From positions 30,318,001-30,382,000 of the forward strand of contig OX597825.1 of assembly GCA_951406725.2 (NCBI GenBank): a stretch of 64,000 nt of DNA. The letters run 5' to 3'. A model generated the notes under the pieces. The model saw only the letters and a list, made by a program, of their open reading frames with translations. It was not told the DNA's origin and did not search any database. Positions within the stretch are counted from its first letter, which is position 1. Each line of letters begins with the position of its first letter. The position numbers and the translations under genes are program-made. Positions 53,818 to 64,000 of this stretch are shown piece after piece. Source of the stretch: Octopus vulgaris (lineage: Eukaryota).

Positions 53818-54478
53818 TTTTTTTTGATGGCAATCCCTCAAGGTTGAGGATGATGGTCTTCGCACAAATTTACTGGTGAGTCCGTAGGTGACCGATAAGA
53901 CCAATTCTTGCTTGAAAAGATCGCTCGCAGTGCAGACATCTAGTGCCAGAAGGGAGAGTCGCACGTGGTTGTTGTTGGCGCTCCTTCCATCGTTGTCTTT
54001 TCTTCTCCAGCTCTGCAGACCTTTTCGACTCGAATGTCGCCGTTCCCTCATGGATGGTGGTTTTCCAGAGTGGTCTGTTTTTTGCCGTTTCCTCCCAGTT
54101 AGTGAAGTCGATGTCACACTTTTTGAGGTTCGTTTTCAGGGAGTCCTTGTAGCATTTCTTCTGGCCTCCTTTTGTATGCTTGCCGTCTTTGAGTTGGGAG
54201 TAGAAGATCTGTTTGGGAAGTCGTTCGTCAGTCATTCTAACCACGTGGCTGCTCCATCTTAGTTGGCCTTTGATGACATAGGCTTCGATGCTGGTCATTT
54301 TTGCTTCTTGTAGCACGCTGACGTTTGTTCTTCTATCTTCCCAGCTGATGTTAAGGATCTTCCAAAGACAGCGTTGGTGAAATTTCTCGAGCGTTTTCAG
54401 GTGATGACTATACGGGGTCCAGGTTTCGGATGCGTTAAGGGGGGTTGGAATAATGACTGCCCTGTACACCATGAGTTC
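53818..54478 (-). pseudogene. RTE-clade LINE ORF C-terminus, 3' UTR and A tail
   Basis: MVYRAVIIP..ASETW..QLRWSSHVVRM..RLPKQIFY..CLHCERSFQARIGLIGHLRTH; 200 aa open frame. Confidence 0.93.
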
Positions 54479-55413
54479 AGGGATGCTAACATCATTACCA
54501 TTTACAAATGAAAGGGCGATCGTTCTGAGTGTGGAAATTACCGGGGTATTTCCTTATTAGCAACTGCTGGGAAGATTCTTGCACGCATCCTGAACAACTG
54601 CCTCAAAACGCTGTCACGAAGCATAACCGACATGATCTTCACGCTGCGACAGCTACAAGAAAAATGTCGTGAGCAACACCATCCGCTCTATTTGGCCTTT
54701 ATCGATCTATCCAAAGCCTTTGATCATGTCTCGCGAGAGCTCCTCTGGGATATTCTCGCCCAGTATGGATGCCCAGATAAGTTCATCCTGATCCTCAAAC
54801 TCCTCCACGACAATATGCACGCCAGAGTCCAGACAGACGGAGGCAGTTCTGAGCCCTTTAAAGTCACCTCCGGAGTGATGCAAGGCTGCGTGATAGCGCC
54901 AACTCTCTTTACCATCTTTATCGCGACAGTGTTGCACATCATATGAGATGACCTTCCACCTGGCATCGAGATTTCGTACAGAATGGACAGCAAGCTTTTC
55001 AACCTCGCTTGCCTCAAAAGTACATCAAAGACAATGGCGTGAAGCTTGCTAGAGTTCCAATATGCCAACGGCAACAGTGTAGCATCTTACAGAGAGGATC
55101 ACCTCCAACAGATCCTAAATGCTTTTCATTATGCATATACTAAACTTGGACTGAGCATCAACATCAAGAAGACTCACTTACTCTACCAACCTCCTCCCAA
55201 TGCCCGTGTTGACAACCTGCCATCGATTCAACTCAAAGGAATTCCACTGGAAAATGTGAACCATTTCTGCTACCTTGGGAGCCATCTGTCAGCAAAGGTA
55301 GACCTCAGCGATGAAATCCAACACCGTCTGAAGTGTGCAGGAACAGCTTTTGGCAAGCTTTGAACAAGAGTTTTTGCTTTTCGGGACATCCAAACCGAAA
55401 CCAAACTCATGGT
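54477..55413 (+). pseudogene. Inverted 5' part (RT domain) of the same RTE LINE
   Basis: KGDRSECGNYRGISLL..MIFTLRQLQEKC..FIDLSKAFD..GVMQGCVIAPTLF..FCYLGS..ETKLMV. Confidence 0.92.
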
Positions 55414-55439
55414 TATAAAAATATATATATATGTATATA

Positions 55440-56405
55440 TGTAAGAATAGCCTGGGCAACGTTCATTGAGTTCCTAACTCTGCTGGTAAGAAAGGGCCTC
55501 CTGCTCAGAGTGATGTGTAGACTGTATGATGTATGTGTGCAAACTGCCATGCTACAGTGAAACATGGGCTGGGACTGCTGAGTACATGTGTAATCTTGCA
55601 AGAAATTAAGCTAGTATGCTCCACTGGATGTGTAATGTCAGTGTGCATACACAACAGTGTAAGTGCGCTGTGAGAAAAGTTGGGCATAAGAAGCATCATG
55701 TGTGGTGTGCACGAGAGACGACTGTTCTGATATGGTCATGTGTTGCATATGGATGAAGGCAGCTGTGTGAAAAAATGTCACACCCTAACAGTGGAGGGAA
55801 TCTGTGGAAGAGGTAGACCCAGGAGGACCTGGGATATGGTGGTGAAGCATGACCTTCGAACATTGGCAATGACAAGCGACTGAGACCTTTGGAGATATGC
55901 TGTGCTTGAGAAGACCTAGCAAGCCAAGTGAGACTATAACTGTGGTCTGTGTCAGTGTTGCGTAACCGGCCCATTTAAGAGTACCTTCAATCATTGGGCA
56001 ATATACTATGTTTGAGAAGACCTGTTGAGTCAAGTGAAATCATTGTTGTGGCCAATGCCAGTACTGCCTGACTGGCACCCATGCCGATGGCACATAAAAA
56101 GTGCCATTCGAGTGTGGTTGATGGCAGTCCTGCTGGACTGGCTCTCATGCCGGTGGCATGTAAAATGCAACATTCAAGTGTAGTTGATGCCAGTACTTCC
56201 TTACTGACCCTCATGCCGATAGCACATAAAAAGCACCCACTACACTCTCAGAGTGGTTGGTGTTAGAACGGACATCCAGCTGTAAAAGCCTTGTCAGATG
56301 AGGCTGGACCCTGGTGCAGCCTCCTGACTTGCCAGTCCTCAATCAAACCATCAACCCATGCCAGCAAGGAAAGTGAATGTTAAAGTATGATGATGATGAT
56401 GATGA

Positions 56406-56410
<5 letters not shown>
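55440..56410 (+). mobile_element. 3' end of a second RTE-type LINE family, with 3' UTR tandem repeats and (GAT)n tail
   Basis: RIAWATF..RLYDVCVQTAML..YGHV..VEGICGRGRPRRTW; three ~65 bp UTR repeats at 56055-56235. Confidence 0.85.
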
Positions 56411-56445
<35 letters not shown>

Positions 56446-56515
56446 GCACACCTAGAAATATAAAGAATATGAGGAGTTTTTATCAGGATGACTCACTCAA
56501 ACTATACATATATAC

Positions 56516-56559
<44 letters not shown>

Positions 56560-57207
56560 TCATCATCATCATCATCATCATCGTTTAATATATATATATA
56601 TATAGGGATATATACATATATTTATGTGTGTGTGTATGTCTATATGCCTATACACATATACCATGTACATTCATTCATATATTATATATGCAGTAAATAT
56701 ACATTGATATAATATAATATAATGTAATATAATATGATATTTATATTTTTTCCCTCCTATTAACATGACGTACATTCAGTTTTTCAGAGTAAATGCTAAA
56801 TTATACCTTACCCAAAAGATTGTCAGAATTAATGAGCTTTGGCGATAAAACTTATCCCAAATCTAATGAATTTTTATTTTACTCGTACTCAATTCAGTTA
56901 GCTTAACTATTTTGTTCCTTTGCTGTATTGGTAAGGAGGATTAATAATGGCAGACGTCTTTACATTATATTGTTGATAGCTTGGTGACAACTGAAGTGAC
57001 GTATATGAAGATCATGAGGAAATAATCAGATGCTGTCTTTTGACTACTGCAAAAAAAGGTATCTTGACGATCATACCATATACATGTTCACACACACATA
57101 CACACACACTGGATGTATGCTAATACACACACAGAGATTTATTTCACTGTTATGTATTCTGGAACTGTATCTGTGAGTATAAGATTCTGAATGATTTAGT
57201 ACTTAGT

Positions 57208-57510
57208 CATCATCATCATCATCATCGTTTAGCGTCCGCTTTCTATGCTGGCATGGGTTGGACGGTTCAACTGGGGTCTGGGAAGCCAGAAGGCTGCACC
57301 AGGCCCAGTCTGATCTGGCAATGTTTCTACGGCTGGATGCTCTTCCTAACGCCAACCACTCCATGAGTGTAGTGGGTGCTTTTTACGTGCCACCGGTACA
57401 AGTGCCAGACGAGGCTGGGAAACGGCCACGATCGGATGGTGGTTTTTACGTGCCAATGGCACGGAGGCCAGTCTGGACAGCGCTGGCAACGGCCACGTTC
57501 GGATGGTTCA
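57208..57510 (-). mobile_element. RTE-LINE 3' tail
   Basis: (cat)n cgtttagcgtccgctttctatgctggcatggg...ggatgctcttcctaacgccaaccac. Confidence 0.8.
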
Positions 57511-58559
57511 TAAGTTCAAATTTTACTTTACGGATTAGAAGCTTTAAGCAGTGATGTATACATATATAAACTTGTTATCACATCAAATATTTTGGAGATG
57601 TATTTGAAGCTATAAGAAAATCATTCACTGCATTTTGTTACGGAGAAATTTCTCGGTGAAGACAAAAAGGTGTAAAGAAACCAAACTAGTCAGGGCCACC
57701 CTCTACCCAGATTGATGCTAAAAAGGAGATAGCTACTCTGAAATACACACATCCATCGATCTGGATGGAGGATGTCCTGGACGGATTTGTGTGTTTGCTC
57801 CTATTTTGTCAGCTGTCAGAATTTTTTGCCATGACAAAATGCAACAAATGGCTTCCTTCCAGCTTCGAATATGTCTCAAAGATATTTAAACTGGTAATAA
57901 ATGACACATTAAAGGTATCCATGCCAGTGACACATAAAAGGCACCCAGTACACTCTGTAAAAGGGTTGACATTAAGAAGAGTATTCAGCCATAGAAACCA
58001 TGCGAAAACAGATGACTGGTTCCTAGTGCCGCTCTCTGGCTCAACAGTTCCAGTTAAACCATCTAACCCATGCTAGCATGGAAAACAGATGATAAAAAAA
58101 TAATTACGATGATGATCATGATGTTGCTGATGATGATGATGTCAGTCTCTGTAACTTGCTCTGTAATATCTCATACATAACTCCACTAACTTTAAGGAAT
58201 AAATGTATATATAAAGAGGAGAGTGTTATGTGTTGGGGTTCTGTTGTAATATTTTGATAGAAAGGAGGTGTTGGGAAGTCATTCAGAATAAAAAATAAAT
58301 TTGCTGTCTCAGTTTGCCTGACTGGAAACTCTAGATTCTACAACTAATTCTCAGTTGAGTTGTTTGCAATAGGAAGAAAAGCATTCGGCTGTAAAGATAA
58401 ACAAGGGTCCCATTACGGGAACCAAATCTCCCTCAAACCACACCCTATTCTCTTAACAAGGTAACATACAGAGAATTACACATTAGTTCAGGATTTCATG
58501 TATTATTAAATTTATCAACAAAAAATTACTTGGAGTGTTTGAATTGCAGTAGAGTTGTG

Positions 58560-59214
58560 TTAGTGACCAGGATTCAGAGGGTGGGGATGAAAATTTTGGC
58601 GCATCAAAAAATATCTGAACATAAATATAATAATAATTTTTGTAAAGTGCTAAATTGCCTTTCCTATGGTGTAATTGCTAAAAAAACTTCAATATTTAAA
58701 AAATAGCCTTTTATAAGTATAAATACAATATATCAATAGCTTTATATAAGTACGAGCAAAACGTCCCCACCACGTACAATGGACGGTGCTGAGTTGTCAA
58801 ACATTTAAACCAAATTTTCTCAAAACAACTTCTCTGACCGTCCTATAGGCCTCCCCTTTGAGAAACACTGATTTAAACTAAATTTGAGACACCAGCAAAA
58901 TAAGAAATAAAGATAGGCATTTTTTCTATTCCAAAGAAAAACGATTTTATTCACACAAATATGCAGCCGAAGAATTTAAAGTACCAGTAAGTACATCGCA
59001 ACAGCTGATGTACTTGCGCATACAAATGCACGTTTCCACGGCTTTCTCGATCGCATTCTCGACTGGAATCGATTTTTGTAATTTTTTCAAGACTTATACA
59101 CGTCCTGATACCGTTGGTATCTACATATCAAATTTGAGCGCAATCGGATGGAGGATGCCCGAGATCCTAGAAGACACACACACAGATAGACAGAACGGAT
59201 TTTATATGATAGAT
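58560..59214 (-). mobile_element. Probable non-autonomous Helitron, third family
   Basis: Minus-strand start A|TCtatcatataaaa resembles the other Helitrons; CpG-rich; CTAG end not intact. Confidence 0.45.
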
Positions 59215-59604
59215 AAATACAGTATGTCTATTATATAACAAATTATGTTACTACAGTTTGGGGTACAGCAAGCTTGAAAAAAAAAAAAGATAGATAATAG
59301 AAAAATAAAATGGAGAAACTGATGTATAAACATCAGTTTATTTGAACATATTCAGTTCTGTACAATATCAAATTCATTTCTCCTACAGCTGTTCCGTGCC
59401 CAATTAATTCAATTTGAAGAATTAAATTGAATTAAATATATTTAAATTTTCAAATCAAATATCATTAAATGGGCATTTCTTCAAGAGAAGAATTCGATAA
59501 AAAAAAGTAGTTACACTAAATGTTTTGGTTGACCCTTGATTGACTATATATATACATACATGCATATGTGTATATATATATATATATACACACACATACA
59601 TACA

Positions 59605-59637
<33 letters not shown>

Positions 59638-59639
59638 GT

Positions 59640-60141
59640 ATGTAATGCATATGAATGAAGACAGTTGCATCAAGAGGTGTCAATCTCTCATTGTAGAGGG
59701 AAGATGTGGATGGGGTAGATCCAGGAAGACATGGGATGAAGTGGTGAGAAAAGATCTACAGACATTGGGGCTCACAGAGGAGATGACAGGGCTCTGAGAC
59801 TCCTGGCAGTTTGCTGTGCTTGAAAAGATACATCAAGTTTAGAAAAAGCATGGTTGTCCTTTCATATAGGCTTGTCCCTTGCAACCCTCTCTGGCTGAGC
59901 ATCCCCAATCTCTTGGGTTTGTTGGTGCTGGTGCCTCACAAAAAGCACTGCTGCCAGTGCTGCATAAATGCACCCAGTACACTCTGTAGAGTGGCTGATA
60001 TTTGGAAGGGCATCCAGCTCAATAAACCATATCAAAACAGACAGGGAGCCTGAGCAGCCCTTCTGTCAAACCGTCCAATGCATGCCAGCATGGAAAACAG
60101 ACATTAATGATGTTGATGATGATGATGATGATGATGATGAT
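59640..60141 (+). mobile_element. RTE-LINE 3' end with (GAT)n tail
   Basis: MNEDSCIKRCQSLIVEGRCGWGRSRKTWDEVVRKDL. Confidence 0.85.
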
Positions 60142-60344
60142 TTATATAAAGGTCAACTTTTAGTCACTAGCAAGCACTTGTAGACTTCATCAGTTATTCA
60201 GTTCTGAAATAAATTGAATGTGATCTTTATTCAGTAATGATGGTCCCATCATAAGCTATATTTGAAAATAGAATAATTGAAATTAGGTTCATTAGGAAAA
60301 AGTCAAATCAAAATATGCAAAGTCAAAAATGAGAGAGTAAGACA

Positions 60345-60635
60345 AAAAACTGACTTTGAATCAAAACATTTCACTTATTTTCCAAGAAAATTATAGATTA
60401 ACTGGGTTTCGAAGAATATGCTTATTGAGAAAATTCTTTTGGTGAAAACTTCATCAAAAAATATTAGTTGCAAAAGAAAGTAGAGTGGCTTTAAGTGATG
60501 AAAAAAATGGTAAAACTCAAAATTAGCTTTGAATCAAAATATTGCAGTTATTCTAAAAGAAAACTATAGAATGGTTGTGTTCAAATGAAAGAGCTTTATG
60601 CAAGAAATTTCATCAAAAAATATCAGTTACAAAGT
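60345..60635. repeat. Diverged tandem duplication, ~175 bp period
   Basis: ctttgaatcaaaa..aagaaaa.tataga..ttcatcaaaaaatat.agtt occurs twice. Confidence 0.65.
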
Positions 60636-60726
60636 GATGAAAAAGTGGTGATCATTTTAAATATCAAAATAATGTTGTCATTTTAAGATATTTAGCACTA
60701 TAAGAGATGACATTTGATATCAAGGG

Positions 60727-61420
60727 TCACTTGGAATTCTAAAGGTACTGGGATAGAATCCCTGGAGAAGAACAGGTAGGATTTAGGCTCCAAAGGAGCA
60801 CTTTGGAGCAGATATTTAAAATTGGACTGCTCACTGAGAATTTGGTTGTGCAACCTGTTGCTGGGTGCATGTCGTATGAGGTCTTGTGTGGGAAGCATGT
60901 GCTGGCAAAAGTTAGCTTGTGTTTGCCAGCAAATCCTAGGAGTTTCAGGCAACAATTATTGGTTTCTCTGATCCCAAAACATCCTGCTGTCCCAGCCTAT
61001 TGGTAATATACATTTAGGCTTACTTTGGCATTCCAGTCTCCTAAGACAATGTGGATATCTTTTTCAGGAGCTGCCTTGGTGATTCTCTTCAGGTCATCAT
61101 AGAATTCTTCAATGAAATCGTCATATTCGAGCATTGGTGCATAGACTTGTATGATGGTAATATTCTGTGATCTGGCAGCCACACATACAAGTATAGTGGT
61201 GAGCCCCAGCTGGATACTTATATACAGCTGATGAATGAGCTTCGGCTTTGTTGATAATGAATCTGCATGTTCATGCATGGTGTCATCTCTGCTGTACCAG
61301 AGTTTGTAGTCTTTATCTGTTGTTGTGTTGCCAAATCTAGTCCGCCTGACTTTAGCCAGCTTTAGAATATCCTCACTGTACCTGTTAAGTTTGTGAGTAA
61401 GTTTTTTCATCCTTCCACAA
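60727..61420 (-). pseudogene. RTE LINE AP-endonuclease domain, inverted 5' segment
   Basis: LTHKLNRY..KLWYS..ITIIQVYAP..IEEFYDDL..IVLGDWNAKV. Confidence 0.88.
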
Positions 61421-62460
61421 CGTCATCAGCTTCAAAAAGGCATCTAACCATGTTTGGCATGATGGCTTGTGGCAGGTGATGAAGAATAACAACTTCGGCA
61501 ACAATGTCACTGAAGTAATTCAAGCACTGTATAAAAACTCAAGCAGTGCAGTTTTCCTGAAGAATTCTTCAAGACAGCAGTGGGATATTCTTTTCTCTAG
61601 TTCTTTTCAACATCTTCCTGAAGAACATCTTGCAGGAGACACTTCAAGACCTCCACTCCTCTGTTTCCATAATTGGACGGCCCATTTTCAGCCTGTCCTT
61701 TGCTGATGATATTGACCTAGGAGCTCACTGTCAGAATGGCAAAAGTATGAGGAGTGTACAGGATAGAAATCAGAGAAGACAAAGAGCAAGATCCTGGTTA
61801 AAAGTAACAATCAAAACACAGCAACCAATATCATGCTAAATAGAGAGAGACACGATGAAGTAGACACTTTTAAGCACCTAGGATCCACTTTGACCAAGGA
61901 TGGCAGATCACAAAAGGAGACAAGTCTCAGTTTATCCTCTGCTGCCAAAATGAGGCTGAACAACATATGGGGAAGTAATTCCATTAAACTCAGAGTGTAC
62001 AAGACCCTGGTGATTTCAATCCTTCTGTGTGAGAACTGGATTCTTACTGCTCATATGGAATGAAGAATCCAGATATTTGAGCACAAGTGCTTCAAAAGAA
62101 TGATACACATCTTGTATACAGAGTACAAGATGAAAAGCTTTGTGAGGCAGCAAGTTAATACATTGACAGGTAGAAACCACTCCTTGTGCAGATTAAAAGA
62201 TGAAAGATTGCCTGGTATCGTCATGTTTCCTGCCACAACTCCATGTCCAAAACCATTCTTCAGAACAGAGTTGAGGGAAGGTGAAAGAAAGGCAGAGAAA
62301 ATTCTGGTTTGACAACATCAAAGACTGGAGAGGAGGCAACACAACATATCTTCTATGCATGACAGAGAACAGAGACCAGTGATACAGATGACTATTAAAG
62401 AGTTTAGAGTGATACTCCAGTGACTGGCTGCATCAGTTAGGGGATCCTGATTATGATGAT
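61413..62460 (+). pseudogene. RTE LINE RT and 3' end
   Basis: FHNVISFKK..LWQVM..LSFADDIDL..FKHLGS..YKTLVISILLCENW; ends in a short tgat repeat. Confidence 0.85.
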
Positions 62461-64000
62461 ATCTGATGTCAGGGCTCGCATAGCTTAAAGGTACAGAGTG
62501 CTTAGCTAGCAGGAATTTTAGAGGTACAGGCTTCCATTCTCTGTGGCGGCATGCTTACTACATTTTTCCATTTGCGAAGTTTATTTACTCGATCTCCTAA
62601 GCTGTTTTTACTGCTATTCTATGTTCAAGATTTCCTTTATTTTCTGTAAAATACAAACCCACTTTGTGCTTCAAAGCTAATCTTTAAAAATATATGTATT
62701 CAAACTGTCAAAACCAGCCCTTTATGTGTAAATGATGTTGTGGCTGTTAGCAGATATATTTATCACTGATTACAAGCTGTAATTAATGAAGTGTTTTAAC
62801 AAAAATAATCCAATTTTTGACAGCATCACACATTTTTTGGAGAATAGAGTATCATCAGAGATGGGCTCCTCATGTTCATATGAAAATCTGGGTGGATCAA
62901 ATACCTATCTATGATAAAGATTCTCCAGGAAAAATTTCAAAAATTACAGAACCATATATCACTTGCAGATTGCCATGTTAAGTATCTAACCTCACTCTTT
63001 ACAATTTGGTTGGTCATTTTTAAATGTATTCATGTAACAAAGCTTGCTTAAGAATTTGTGGGAAAGGAAAAGATGTGATAAAAAAAAAATGCTGATTTGG
63101 CTTCCTTAAGGCTGAAGAAAGATTCAATTTCTTCATTTTTGTTGAAAGTGTCAAGTTAAGATGAGATTGAAAAGGTGTTAAACGGCTTCATCAGCTTTGA
63201 AGAAAATCATTTGAAAATTAATCAATGATTATAATCATTTACTGCTTTTAATATGGCAAGCAAATGTTGACTGTTAGCATATTGGAGAAAACAGTATGAT
63301 ATTGACCAGATATGTGACTAGCTACTAAATCAAAGCTGAGAAAAAAGAAGCTGAAGGTGTTCAGAAAAATTTTCTTCAAAATATATTTCTGGAATTGTTC
63401 ATCAAATATTATGTGCCCTTTTTTGTTCATAATTCTATTTTCTTTTTTTTGCTTTTTATTGCAAACTTCAAAATTTATGTTAATATATTTGATTAAAAAA
63501 ATTTTTCATGTTAAGCTCCAACATTTCTGTTTTATTTTTAGTATTACTAAAATGGAAAATATAAAGGTATACAGAATTAATTATGATAATAGAAGTGTTG
63601 CCTGGAAAAAAAAGTGGATGAATGAAAAATGTAGTTGCAGAGTGCTACAATATTTTAAAGTACTAAACCTGGAAAAGTACAGAACAAACAGTAATTAAAT
63701 TTTCTAAAATACAGGACATAAAGAAATAAAAAAAAAACTTTAAAAATTGATGTTAATGTTAGAATTTCAAAACTAAAATAGAGAGAAACGCCCTTTTATA
63801 ATTTATATTTTTAGATTAAAATATTCAAGAAGCTATTTACTTTCAGTTTTAGTGAAGAGACCAATTGCCTGCAAGTTTACACATTAAAAATTTAATATCA
63901 TAAATTTAGTATTTTATTTATCTAAAAACAGTATGTAATAACAATTTAAGCAAAATTGATAATCCATAAGTATTTTTAAAAAAGCTAGAGTCATTTCTAC

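Noticed and set aside
56055-56235. CRISPR-like repeats
   Set aside because: Tandem UTR repeats without unique spacers; eukaryotic context and no cas genes.
60150-60195. Hammerhead on minus strand (CTGATGA-agtc..gact)
   Set aside because: No GAAA, NUH or stem I.

Overview
AT-rich eukaryotic intergenic or intronic DNA with no host protein-coding exon I can support. The repeat content (dense TA/CA/TACA/GAT microsatellites, tRNA-derived SINEs, RTE LINEs, Penelope-like elements) resembles a coleoid cephalopod such as Octopus; this is an inference from repeat style, not a database result. Almost all ORFs in the track are microsatellite artefacts. The real coding remnants are all decayed transposons: three mariner copies, one Tc1 5' fragment, a ~3 kb Penelope-like (PLE) RT plus endonuclease pseudogene, a second PLE 3' fragment, and several RTE-clade LINE pieces, two with 5' inversions. 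Non-autonomous Helitrons and piggyBac- and hAT-type MITEs are also present. The most interesting signal is RNA structure. About eight type-I hammerhead ribozyme motifs (some near-intact, most decayed) of unrelated sequence lie in short elements that often sit beside TA tracts or carry inverted repeats. Two unrelated elements (9641-9860 and 17267-17525) share a covarying multi-stem motif that I cannot assign to a known RNA class.
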